A program made the translations under genes and the position numbers. The notes under the pieces were generated by a model. That model was not told the origin of the DNA. It searched no databases and saw only the letters and a program-made list of their open reading frames with translations. Shown here piece after piece: positions 49,676 to 64,000 of a DNA stretch of 64,000 bases. The DNA lies in contig CAWGKG010000014.1 of the NCBI GenBank assembly GCA_963823035.1, positions 96,001 to 160,000 on the forward strand. The letters run 5' to 3'. How positions within the stretch are numbered: the stretch's first letter is position 1; every line of letters begins with the position of its first letter. Source of the stretch: an uncultured Gemmatimonadales bacterium. Lineage in GTDB: Bacteria > Gemmatimonadota > Gemmatimonadetes > Longimicrobiales > Gaopeijiaceae.

Positions 49676-52137
49676 ATGGAGCCGCACGGCAACGCGCTCA
49701 CCAACGGGGCCCATCCGGACGACGAGATCCACCTGCGCGACGTCTGGAACCTGCTCCTGCGCAACTGGCTGATCATCGCGCGTCGCCCTCGTGGTGACCG
49801 TGGGCGCCACGGCCGCGTACACCTGCTGGGCGGTGCCGGTCTACGAGTCGATCACGTCGATCCGCGTCGAGGAGGAGCGCACGGACCTCCCGGTGCTGGA
49901 CGTGCTGCGAGACGCTCTCCGCGGGGAGCGAGGTCGAGACGGAGATGGAGGTGGTGCGCAGCCGCACCATCGCCGAGGACGTGGTCGAGGCGCTGGGGCT
50001 GCAGGTCATGGTGCGCCAAGCCGCGCGGCGCGGCGCGCGCCGAGCTGATGGTCGCGTCGTCGGTCTTCGTCGAGCGGTGGGCGCCCGAGGGGACGTACGT
50101 CCTCCGGCGCCAGGCCGACGGGTCGTTCTCGATCACGAACGAGGAGGACGGCGCCGACGCTGGGCACCGCGTCGAGCTCCACGGCCGGCCGCCCTCCCCG
50201 GCGCGACCTTCCAGCTCACGGAGGCCGCCGCCGACCACGCGGAGATCGTGGTGGAGGTGAAGACGTTCGAGAAGGCGGTCGAGGACCTGCAGGAAGCGAT
50301 CACGGTCGCGCGCCCGAACCGCGAGGCCAGCATCATCACGGTGCGCTACCAGAGCACGGACACGCAGTTCGTGCACAGCGTGCCCAACCTGATCGCCGCG
50401 CGCTTCATCGACCGCGGCAAGGCGATCCGCAAGACGGAGGCGCGCAGCACGGTCGCCTTCCTCACCCAGCAGATCGACACGCGTGGGCCGACGGCTCACG
50501 GGCGCGGAGGAGTCGCTGCAGGACTTCCGCGAGGTCGAGCAGGTGGTGAGCATCCAGGCCGAGGCCGACGCCCAGGTCGCGCAGCTCTCGCAGCTCCAGG
50601 CCGACCGCAACACGATCGAGGCCGAGCGGGACGCGCTGTCCACGCTGGTCACGGAGATCGACCAGGAGGCGGCCACGGCCGATCCGGGCGGTGCCGTCTC
50701 CGTACGCGCGGCTGATCTCGTTCCCGACGCTCTTCCGCAACCAGGCCGCCGGCGAGCTGCTGCGCACCCTGAACGAGGCGAACGCCGCAGCGCGCCGTCG
50801 CTGCTCCGCCAGCGCACGATGCAGGACCCGGACGTGATCGCCGTCACGAACCGCATCCACCAGATCGAGACGCAGCTCCGCAACACGGCGCTGACCTACC
50901 TCCAGGGCCTCGAGAACCAGGTGGCCGGCTACGACCGGATGCTCGCCCAGTTCTCGACGGAGCTGGAGCGGATTCCGGGGAAGGAGATCCAGCTCGCGCG
51001 CCTGCAGCGGCAGCAGAAGGTGCTGGAGGAGATCTTCACGCTCCTGCAGAACCGCCTGCAGGAGGCGCGCATCCTGGAGGCCGTGGACGACCCGACGGTG
51101 CGCACGGTCGATCCGGCCATCCTCCCGAGCGAGCCGGTCAAGCCGCGCACGATGCTGAACCTCCTGCTCGGCGTGGTGCTGGGCGGGATGCTCGGCGTGG
51201 GCATCGCCTTCCTGCGCGAGTACATGGACGAGACGGTCCACACCCGCGAGGACGTGCAGGCCGCCGCGGGCGGCGCGCCGGTGCTGGGCATGATCCCGCG
51301 CATCCGCACGGTGGGCATGAACGGGCGCGCCGAGGAGGCCGTGGTGCCGGGCGAGCTGGGCGCCCGCCTGGTGGCGGGGCGCGACCCGCGCAACCCGGTG
51401 TCGGAGGCGTACCGGAGCCTGCGCACGAACCTGACGTTCGCGAACCTGGAGCGGCCACCGAAGACGATCGTCTTCACCAGCGCCCTGCCCCAGGACGGGA
51501 AGAGCACGAGCGCGGCCAACCTGTCGATCACCCTCGCGCAGCAGGGGATCCGCACGCTCCTCGTCGACGCCGACCTCCGCCGGGGCGTGCTCCACAACGT
51601 GTTCGGCGTGGAGCGCGAGCCGGGGCTGACCAACGCGCTGACGGGCACCTGCGACGTGACCGAGGCGATCCGCCAGATCGACCTGGGCGAGAGCGGCACG
51701 GCTGGACTTCCTGCCGAGCGGGCCGTATCCGCCGAACCCGGCCGAGGTGCTGGGCTCGCAGCGCATGCGCGCGCTCCTCGAGAAGGTCGAGGGCGCTGTA
51801 CGACCTGGTCGTGATCGACTCGGCGCCGCTCACCGCCGTGACCGACGCGGCCGTGCTCGGCACCAAGGCCGACGGCGTGATCCTGGTGGCCCGCGCCAAC
51901 GTCACCGAGCGGGGCGCCCTCACCTACGCGGTGCAGCAGCTGCACAGCGTGCGCGCGCCCATCCTGGGCTGCATCCTCAACGACGTCGATTTCCGCCGCG
52001 ACTCCCGCTACCACAGCGCGTACGGCAAGTACGGCTACTACTACGCGTACTACTACGCCGACAACGAGAAGCGGCGGAAGCGCGAAGCCAGGCGAAGGGC
52101 TCCGTCCGGCTCCTCCTCGAAGAAGTCGAGGCTCTAG
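49676..52137 (+). CDS. wzc: Wzc chain-length regulator / BY-kinase; multiple apparent frameshifts
   Basis: DEIHLRD; coiled coil; SEAYRSLRTNL; Walker A ALPQDGKST; DADLRR; IDSAP; C-terminal Tyr cluster YGKYGYYYAYYY. Confidence 0.9.
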
Positions 52138-52157
52138 GCCGCGCGGACGCCGGCGCC

Positions 52158-53495
52158 CTACCCCTTCTTGACCACCCAGCGCGGCATGCCCGGGATCAGA
52201 TCGGTGCCCTTCAAGTGCCGCGTCGCGTTGCGTGCGTCCACGAGCACGCGGGACTAGGTCACCACGCGCTGGTAGTCGAACGACGAGTGGTCGGTGAGGA
52301 TCACCACGGCGTCGGCCGCCTGGAGCGCCTCGTCCGTCAGCTCGACGGAAGCCATCTCGGGGCTGCCGTCCTCGTCCGCGTGGATCTCCGGCACGTACGG
52401 GTCGTGGTAGGCCACCTCGGCCCCATCCGCCTGCAGCAGCCCGAGGATGTCCAGCGCCGGGGACTCACGCAGGTCGTCGATGTCCTTCTTGTAGGCCACG
52501 CCGAGCAGCAGCACGCGTGAGCCGTTCACCGCCTTGCGGATGCTGTTGAGCGCCTCGCGCACCTTCCCCACCACGAAGAGCGGCATCTCGGCGTTGATCT
52601 CCGAGGCCAGCTCGATGAAGCGGGTCTTGTAGTTGAGCGTGCGCATCTTCCACGACAGGTAGTGCGGGTCGACGGGGATGCAGTGCCCGCCCAGGCCGGG
52701 CCCGGGCGTGAACTTCATGAAGCCGAACGGCTTGGTGGCCGCGGCGTCGATCACCTCGTAGACGTCCACGCCCAGCCGGTCGGCGATGATCGCCGTCTCG
52801 TTCACCAGCCCGATGTTCACGGCCCGGAAGGTGTTCTCGAGGATCTTGGCCATCTCGGCCGCCTCGGTCGACGACACGGGCACCATGGTGTCGATGAAGC
52901 GCTCGTAGAGCGCCACGCCCGCCTCCGTGCACGCCGGCGTGATGCCGCCGATGACCTTCGGCGTGTTCTTGGTCTGCCACGTCGGGTTGCCGGGGTCGAC
53001 GCGCTCCGGGCTGAAGCAGAGGAAGAAGTCCTCGCCCACCTTGAGGCCGGCGCGCTCGAGCGCGGGGAGCAGGATCTCGCGCGTGGTCCCCGGATAGGTC
53101 GTGGACTCCAGGGCGACGAGCTGACCGGGGCGGAGCGTGGCCGCCACGGCTTCGGTGGACGCGAGGATGAAGCTGACGTCGGGGTCGCGCGTCTTGGACA
53201 GCGGCGTCGGGACGCAGATCGACAGCGCGTCGCATTCGGTCATGCGCGACATGTCCGTGGTGGCCTGGAAGAGCCCCTGATCCACGAGCGGCTTCAGCAC
53301 TTCGGACGGGACGTCCTGGATGTGCGAGTGGCCGGCGTTGAGCCCCTCCACGACGTGCGCCTTCACGTCGAAGCCGAGCACGGGAATGCCCGCCTGCGCC
53401 GCCTCGACGGCGAGCGGGACGCCCACGTACCCGAGTCCGATGATGCCGAGCTTCACGTCGTCGGTGCGAAAATGGTCTACGGAGACCTTGGTCAT
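52158..53495 (-). CDS. UDP-N-acetyl-hexosamine 6-dehydrogenase (WbpA/TviB/WecC family); in-frame TAG at 52254-52256
   Basis: GLGYVG; FSPERVDPGN; GPGLGGHCIPVDP; GVAYKKDIDDLRESPA; the same frame continues SRVLVDARNA after the TAG. Confidence 0.9.
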
Positions 53496-53573
53496 GGAGG
53501 ATCCGGGGAGGTTCAGCAGGTACTGCGGGTGCGAGGAAGCTAAAACGCCTCGCGGGGCCTTACCAGCGGCACG

Positions 53574-57268
<3,695 letters not shown>

Positions 57269-57272
<4 letters not shown>

Positions 57273-58057
57273 CTGCCGCCCACCCCTCCCCACAGCCGCA
57301 TGATGGCGTCGGCCGTGCGCGGCCCGGCAGCCACCAGGTTGGGGAGGTCCGGCTCGCGCTGGTTGAAGGGCGGCTCGGAGCCGTTCGCGAGCGTGACGCG
57401 CCCGCCGGCCGCGCGGACCAGCGCGGTACCGCCCGCCACGTCCCACTCGCTCTTCGGCACCAGCGTCCAGGTCGCGTCGGCCTTGCCGGCCGCCACGCGC
57501 CCCATCTTGTACGCCACGGACCCGCAGGCGCGCACGGTGAACTTCGCGCCCTCGAAGGCGGCCCACTCGCCGCGCTTCACCTCGGAGCGGCTGGCCAGGA
57601 TCTCGGCGCCCACCAGCGAGCCGCGGTCACGCACCTCGGCCCGCTTGCCGTTGAACGTCACGCCGGTGTCCAGCGAGCCGAGGATCAGCTCGCGCGTGGC
57701 CGGGTTGAACACGCCGCCCGCCACGGGGACGCCCTGCTCCACCAGGCCGATCGAGATGCACCACTCGGGGATGCCCTCGACGAACTCGCGCGTGCCGTCG
57801 ATGGGATCCACCACCCACACGCGCTCGCACTTGAGACGAGACCTGTCGTCCTTGGTCTCCTCGCTGAGCCACCCCTCCCCCTTCTGGGGCAGGAGCTCGC
57901 GAAGAACGGCGTCCACGGCGTGATCCGCCTCCGTCACCGGGTCCTCGCGCTCCGCCTTCACCTCGAAGGCGATGTCGCCGGGCGTGAAGGGGCGAATCGC
58001 CTCGGCCGCGGCGTGCAGGGCGCGGTGGATGCGCTCGAGATCTCGGGTACGGTTCAC
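57269..58057 (-). CDS. cysQ: 3'(2'),5'-bisphosphate nucleotidase (CysQ/inositol monophosphatase family)
   Basis: PVTEAD; LSEE; WVVDPIDGTREF; SRS; SEWDVAGG. Confidence 0.8.
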
Positions 58058-58095
58058 GTCTCGTCCTCTCAGGGAAGATGGCTGCTATGGAAAAG

Positions 58096-58968
58096 TTAGC
58101 GCCGGCCGTGGACCGGTGCATCACGTTGGGGCTCGTCCAGGTAGCGGCGCAGCGCGGCGCGCCAGGGCTCCATCGCCCGCCCGAGGAAGGCCTCCGTGGC
58201 CCCCACGTCGAGCACCGAGTACTCCGGACGGGGCACGTCCGGCCAGAACTCGGCCCGTTCGGTCTCGGCGATCTCCGCTTCCAGGCCGGCGACGGCCAGC
58301 ACCTCGCGCGCCTGCTCGAGACGGCTCGCCTCCCCGGCGTCCGCCACGTGCCAGACGCCGGCCGGCGCCTCCCGGCTCAGGAGATCGACCACGTTCGCCA
58401 CGACGTTGGCGGTCCAGGAAGGGCGGCTCCATTGGTCGCGGACCAGCTGAAGGACACGGCCGGCGCGCGCGCTGGCGAGCACGTACTCCACGAAGCCCGT
58501 ACGCTCGCCACCGAACAGCCAGCTCACGCGCACGACGAGCGCGTCGGGCGCCGACTCCGCCACCGCATCCTCCCCCTCCGCCTTGCTCCTCGCATAGGCG
58601 CTGAGCGGGTTTCGGGGATGATCCGGGGCGTACGGCGAGCGCTCCCGCCCGTCGAAGACGTAGTCGGTCGAGAAATGCACGATCCGTGCCCCGGCGCCCG
58701 CCGCGGATCGGGCGACGTTCCGCGCGCCGTCGCGGTTCACGCGGAACGCCTCCTCCGGCTCGGCCTCGGCCTGATCCACGCGGGCGCACGCCGAGCAGTT
58801 CAGCACGGCGTCCGGACGGGCGTCGGCGACGGCGCGCGCGACCGCGTCGGCGTCGGTCACGTCCAGCTCGGCGTGCCCCAGCGCGACCGTGTCGTGGCCC
58901 ATGCCCGGGAGCCGCCGGCGGAACTCGCCTCCCAGGAGCCCGCCGGCTCCGGTCACGAGCAGCCTCAC
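58096..58968 (-). CDS. rfbD: dTDP-4-dehydrorhamnose reductase
   Basis: VTGAGGLLG; STDYVFDG; YARSK; RVSWLFG; PRPEYSVL. Confidence 0.92.
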   Translation of the reverse strand: MRLLVTGAGGLLGGEFRRRLPGMGHDTVALGHAELDVTDADAVARAVADARPDAVLNCSACARVDQAEAEPEEAFRVNRDGARNVARSAAGAGARIVHFSTDYVFDGRERSPYAPDHPRNPLSAYARSKAEGEDAVAESAPDALVVRVSWLFGGERTGFVEYVLASARAGRVLQLVRDQWSRPSWTANVVANVVDLLSREAPAGVWHVADAGEASRLEQAREVLAVAGLEAEIAETERAEFWPDVPRPEYSVLDVGATEAFLGRAMEPWRAALRRYLDEPQRDAPVHGRR

Positions 58969-60158
58969 CGCCGCCCGAGCTCCGCGCGGTAGAGGGCGCC
59001 CAGCTCCTCGGCCAGCCGCGCCACCGAGAAGCGCCCCGCCACCGCCGCACGCACGCCGTCGGGAACGGGGGGCCCGGCCAGCTCCTCCTGGAGCGCATCG
59101 CCCCACGCCTCCGCCCCGGCGGAGCGCGGCACCACCCGGCCCGCGCCCGCACCCTCGAGCACCTCGGCCACCCCGCCCACGTCGCGCGCCACCACCCGCG
59201 TGCCGGCGGCCAGCGCCTCCAGCAGGGCCACCGGCGTGCCCTCGTCGTGCGAGGTGAGGGCCACCGCGTCGAGGGCGCCGTAGAGCTCGGGAAGATCCCG
59301 GCGCCATCCGAGCCAGCGTACGGCGCCCTCGAGCCCCAGCGAGGCGGCCAGCGCCTTCAGCGAGGCCTCCCGCTCCCCCGCCCCGATCACCACGGCCGTG
59401 GCGCCCGGAAGGCGGCGGCGCAGGGCGGCGACCCCCTCCAGGAAGAGCTCGTGGTTCTTGATCGGGACCATCCGCCCCACGATGCCGACGGCCGGCGTGG
59501 CGTCGTCGAGGTCGAGCGTGCCACGGACGCGTGCGCGCGTTGTCCGCCGGTCCACCTCGACGAAGCGCTCGAGCTCGAGCCCGAGGGGCACGACCGCGAA
59601 CTTCCCCGCGGGCGCCACGCCCAGCTCCTCGGCCATCTGGCGTGCCTGGCGGCGGGTCAGCACCACCAGGCGCGACGTGGCCCGCGCGAGCTGGCGCTCG
59701 ATCTCCAGGAAGACGCGGGTGCGCCGCGGGCTGAAGTAGTCGCCACCGAGGACGTGGCCGTGGAAGGTGTGGACGCGCACGGGCACCCCCGCGAGGATGG
59801 CGGCCACCCGCCCCAGCGTGCCGGCCTTGGCCGTGTGCGTGTGCACGACGTCCGGGCGCTCCCGGCGAAAGAGGCGCCAGAGCGACCAGAGCGTGCGCAG
59901 GTCGTCGAGCGGGCTGATCTCCCGGGACATCCCCTCCAGGCGGACCACGGCCACGCCGCGCTCCTCGGCGTAGTACTCCATGTCGCCCTCGCCGCGCGCG
60001 ACCGAGCCGGCGATCAGGCGCGTGCGCCACGGCCCGTCGTTCATGGAGCGCGCCAGGTTCACGACGTGCATGGCGGGCCCGCCCACGTTCAGGCGGGCGA
60101 TGACGCGGTGGATGAGCACGGGACGGCCGTCCGGTGCGTGGTGCTCGGCACCGCTCAC
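58965..60158 (-). CDS. Glycosyltransferase family 4
   Basis: IARLNVGGPA; HTHTAKAG; VGRMVPIKNH; EGTPVALLEA. Confidence 0.92.
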   Translation of the reverse strand: MSGAEHHAPDGRPVLIHRVIARLNVGGPAMHVVNLARSMNDGPWRTRLIAGSVARGEGDMEYYAEERGVAVVRLEGMSREISPLDDLRTLWSLWRLFRRERPDVVHTHTAKAGTLGRVAAILAGVPVRVHTFHGHVLGGDYFSPRRTRVFLEIERQLARATSRLVVLTRRQARQMAEELGVAPAGKFAVVPLGLELERFVEVDRRTTRARVRGTLDLDDATPAVGIVGRMVPIKNHELFLEGVAALRRRLPGATAVVIGAGEREASLKALAASLGLEGAVRWLGWRRDLPELYGALDAVALTSHDEGTPVALLEALAAGTRVVARDVGGVAEVLEGAGAGRVVPRSAGAEAWGDALQEELAGPPVPDGVRAAVAGRFSVARLAEELGALYRAELGRR

Positions 60159-61124
60159 GCGGCCGAGGCGTCCCGCATGTGCTCGGCGGTGGCGTCGATG
60201 ATCTCGTCCAGCGAGTGCTCGGGGCGCCACCCGATCAGCGCCTCGATGCGGCGCGTGTCGGGCTTGCGGCGCTCCATGTCCTCGAAGCCTTCGCCGTACG
60301 CCTCGTCGTAGGGGACGAGCTCGATCGCCGAGTCCGACCCGAGCCGCTCGCGCACGCGCTCCGCGAGCCCCTGGATCGTCGTCTCCTCCTCGGAGCCGAT
60401 GTTGAAGGCCTTCCCCCAGGCGTCGTCGCGCGCCATCAGGCCGAGGATCGCCCGCACGGTGTCGTGCACCATGCAGAAGCAGCGCTGCTGCCGCCCGTCG
60501 CCGAACACCTGGATCGGCTCGTTGCGCAGCGCCCGCCCCACGAAGTTCGGGAGCACCATCCCCCACTGCCCCGTCTGACGCGGGCCCACCGTGTTGAAGA
60601 AGCGCCCCAGGATCACCGGGAGGCTCCCGCTCGCGGTGGTAGGCCAGCGCGAGGAACTCGTCGAGCGCCTTCGTGCAGGCGTACGCCCAGCGGCGGTGCG
60701 TGGTGCTGCCCATGACGCGGTCGGCTTCCTCGTGCAGCTGGTCGCCGCCCTTCCCGTAGATCTCCGAGGTGGAGGCGACGAAGAGCGGCGTGCGGTGCCG
60801 ATCGCAGCAGTCCAGCACGATCTCCGTGCCGCGCACGTTCGTGGTGATCGTGCGCACCGGCTCCTCGATGATCTTGCGGACGCCGACGGCCGCGGCCAGG
60901 TGCACGACCTGGTCGCAGCGCGCCACCGTCTCGTTCATCATCGGCCAGTTGAGGATCGAGTCGACGTTCAGGTGCAGGCGCTCGTGGCGGCGCACGGCGT
61001 CCAGGTTCGCGAGCCGTCCGGTGGAGAGGTCGTCCACCACGAAGACGTCGTCGCCCCGCTCGAGCAGCCGCTCCGTAACGTGCGAGCCGATGAACCCCGC
61101 CCCACCCGTGACGAGCACGCGCAT
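60155..61124 (-). CDS. NAD-dependent epimerase/dehydratase; apparent frameshift near 60625
   Basis: [43 protein letters not shown]. Confidence 0.88.
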
Positions 61125-62243
61125 CAGGCGGCCCCCGTTCTGGTGTAGATCTCGGCCCAGCGCTCCGCCACCACCATGGCGTCGTGCTCGGCGGCCTCCT
61201 CGCGGCCGAAGGTGCCGACGCGTGCGCGCAGATCCTCGTTCCGCAGGATGTGCAGCAGGTCGCGCGCGAAGCGGTCCGGCGGGCCGCCGGTGGAGGCCTC
61301 GCGGCCGGCGCCCGGCGGCACGTTGTCGTCGGCCACCCAGCGCAGCACGGGAATCCCGACGGCCATCGCCTCGACGCACATGCGGGACGCGCCGGGGAAG
61401 GACCCCGCGTCGACGGCCGCACGGCAGGTGCGCAGAAGCGCGGCCCGGTCCGGCGCCGCGCCGAAGAAGACGACCGAGTCCTCGAGGCGCAGCTCCTCGG
61501 CGTGCCAGCGGGCCGCCCCCTCCTCGGGGCCGGCGCCGACGAAGAGCAGGCGCAGGTCGGGGCTCTCCAGGCGGGCGTTCGCGAAGCCCTCCAGGATCTG
61601 TGCCGGCACGGCGCGGTCGGCGAAGTCCGAGTAGACGAGCACGGCGCTCTGTTCGTCGTCGAGCCCCAGGCGGATGCGGGCGTCGTGCTCCGGCAGCGCC
61701 CAGCTCGCCTCGCGCACCCGCGTCAGGTCGAGACACTGCGGCACCACCTCGACGCCCTCCACGCCGAAGCTGCGGATCACCGCGGTCTTGGCCAGCACGT
61801 CCGCGACCGTGATGAGGCAGCCGTCGCGGTGCCGGGCCGCCCGGCGCTCCATCCAATCCTGCATGCGCTGCTCCATCGTCTGCCGTCCCTTCGTGAAGCG
61901 CGGTGATCGTGCGTACCACCCGGGTCTCACGCGGGGCGGCGAGCTGAGCCGCGGCTCCCGACCACGGCTGGAAGGTGTGCACCACGTCCGCGCGCAGCCC
62001 GCGCAGCAGCCGGCGCAGCCGGGACACGGACAGGAACGAGCCGACCGGTCCGCTCAGCTCCATCGGGTGGACGGTCACGGAGAGCCGGCGCAAGCGCGCC
62101 GCGAGCGGGCCCTGAGCGCCCAGCCCCACGACGCGCGGCTCGAAGCGCGCCCGCGGAAGGCGTTCGATGAGCGTGGCGACCTGGTCCCCGACGTCGTCTT
62201 CCTCCAGCGAGTCGAGGACGTAGAACAGCCGGGACGGGGTCAC
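61124..62243 (-). CDS. Degenerate GT4-fold protein; apparent frameshift near 61900
   Basis: GT-B-like N-terminus (FYVLDSL, DVVHT), VGAGPE, VEAMAVGIPV; lacks the canonical first Glu of EX7E and the RK donor-binding pair. Confidence 0.7.
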
Positions 62244-62355
62244 GCCGTGCGCCTTCTCGGGGGTCTGGAGATGCGGTGCCCACCGAAAAGGGTGCGCAGG
62301 AGGCGCCCCGTCCGCAACTGCCGGCGAGGGATTCCCAGGACGGACGCGCGCGTCG

Positions 62356-64000
62356 CTACCCGGCGCGCCGCCGCAGCCAGGTCTCCAGCGTCAGCAGGGC
62401 CCAGAGCGCGTGGCCGTGGTCGGCCGTGGCCGCCTGGTGCTCCCCCCACAGCCGTTCGACGGGCGCTCGCTCGATCCACCGCCAGAGGCGCGCGTCCTCC
62501 GCGAGGACGCGGCCCTCGAAGAGGGGCTTCCAGCGCGTGCGGAACCAGAGCGGGAGCGGAACCCCGAAACCCCACTTGCTCCGGCCGCGGATGCGCGGAG
62601 GGAGCAGGTCCTCGAACGCGTGCTTGAGAAGCCACTTGAGCGTCCTGCCCCGCCGGCGGAGCCGGTCCGGCAGCCCGGCGGCGAACTCCATCACCGCGGT
62701 GTCGAGGAAGGGTGCCCGCAGCTCGAGCCCGTGGGCCATCGAGCACCGGTCGGCCTTCACGAGGAGGTCGTCGGGGAGGTACGTCTCGAAGGTGAGGGCC
62801 ATCGCCCGCGTCAAGGCGCTCTCCCCGGCGAAGCGGTCCCAGGGCGTCCTGAAGCTCTCGATCAGCGCGCCTCGGTCGACGCCCGCGCGCAGGTCGGGGC
62901 GGAGGAAGGGCTCCATCTCCGGGAGGTAGCCGATCCAGCGCAGCATGCGTTCCTCCGGCGGGAGGGCGGCCGCGGCCGAAGAAGCGCTGGATCGCGTCGG
63001 AGCGGGTGACGGAAGTCGGGTCGGTGGGGCAGCCTGCGCGCCGCCGCGTCGCCGAGGCGGGCCACCGAGCCGCCCACGCGCGCGGCCACCTCCATGCCCA
63101 CGAAGCGCGGGTAGCCGCAGAACATCTCGTCGCCGCCATCGCCGGTGAGCGCCACGGTGACGTGCTCGCGCGTCAGCCCGGAGACGATGTGCGTGGGGAT
63201 CGCCGAGGAGTCGCCGAACGGCTCGTCGTACGCCTCGACCAGCTCGTCCACGAGCTCCACCGCCCGCGCCTCGACGGTGAACTCGGTGTGCTCCGTATGG
63301 AATCGCTCGGCCGCGATGCGGGCGAAGGGCGTCTCGTCGTAGTTGGGGTCGTCCGCGAAGCCGAGCGAGAAGGTCCGGAGCGGCCCTTCGATGCGCTCCC
63401 TCATCAGGCCCACCACGAGCGTGGAGTCGATACCGCCGCTCAGGAAGGCACCCAGGGGGACGTCGGCCACCAGGCGCCGCTCGACCGCCTCGCCGAGGAG
63501 CGTGCGCAGTCGACCCGCCGCGTCCGCATCCGAGAGGCCGTCGTGGCGCGTCCTCCAGTCGAGCGACCAGTACCGCGCCGAAGCCACGACACCACCGTCG
63601 ACGCGCAGCAGCGTGGCGGGAGGAAGCGAGGCGACGTCCCGGTAGAAGGTCCCGGGCGCGGGCACGTACCCGTACGCCAGGTAGGCGGGGAGCGCCGAGG
63701 GGTCCATCTCCCCCGACACCCAGGGAAGCGCCAGGAGCGCCTTGATCTCGGACGCGAAGGCGAGGTGCGTGGCCGTGCGCGTCCAGAAGAGGGGCTTCTT
63801 CCCGGCCCGGTCGCGGGCCAGGAGGAGGCGGCCGCGCGCCTCGTCCCACACCGCGAAGGCGAACATCCCGTCGATGCGCTCGGGGAGAGCGTCCCCCCAC
63901 GCTTCGTAGCCGTGGGCGAGCACCTCGGTGTCGCTCCGGGTGCGGAAGCGATGGCCCCCGCGCTCCAGCTCGACACGGAGCTCACGGAAGTTGTAGATCT
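62356..64000 (-). CDS. asnB: Asparagine synthase (glutamine-hydrolysing) amidotransferase, 5' partial; apparent frameshift near 62990
   Basis: IYNF.EL; GMFAFA; RDRAGKKPL; FLSGGIDS; LTGDGGDE; KADRCSMAHGLELRAPFLD; KWGF. Confidence 0.92.

Noticed and set aside
58965..62243. Apparent 1092-aa GT-epimerase-GT fusion
   Set aside because: Frameshifts and overlapping starts stitch three separate genes into one frame

Overview
High-GC bacterial chromosomal segment. Gene content, the long SecA and the 'ADS'-repeat Pal/LptD suggest Gemmatimonadota (inference). Almost all genes are on the - strand. (1) 0.3-28 kb is a housekeeping/envelope backbone: FN3-like lipoprotein, lptD, tatC, nrdR, cpoB-pal-tolB-tolA-tolR-tolQ, SDR epimerases, LysM protein, radC, rimI-tsaB-tsaE, nadD, bamD, two TPR proteins, UDP-GlcA decarboxylase-ugd-DegT, uvrB and rel. 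(2) A lipoprotein serpin, a HEAT-like protein and a priming sugar transferase follow. (3) About 31.9-42.7 kb is a visibly lower-GC Wzx/Wzy glycan island. It carries a tightly packed, largely overlapping set of nucleotide-type enzymes (thymidylate-kinase-like P-loop kinase, nucleotidyltransferase, type I phosphoribosyltransferase, HAD phosphatase) interleaved with glycosyltransferases. This is the best candidate for an undescribed system, possibly PRPP-dependent ribosylation or nucleotidyl/phospho-tailoring of a surface glycan. (4) A junction scar follows: a sulfotransferase N-terminus fused to a diverged second copy of the secA 3' end, then a DUF222/HNH gene and vapBC. (5) secA is followed by a native-GC EPS locus: wza, wzc, UDP-HexNAc dehydrogenase, a WecA-PglF-like fusion, rmlB/rmlA/cysQ/rmlD, GT4s, an epimerase and asnB. 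Many genes, including essential ones, carry single-base frameshifts that are most likely long-read consensus errors, so coordinates of frameshifted genes are reconstructed. No rRNA, tRNA or CRISPR array was seen.
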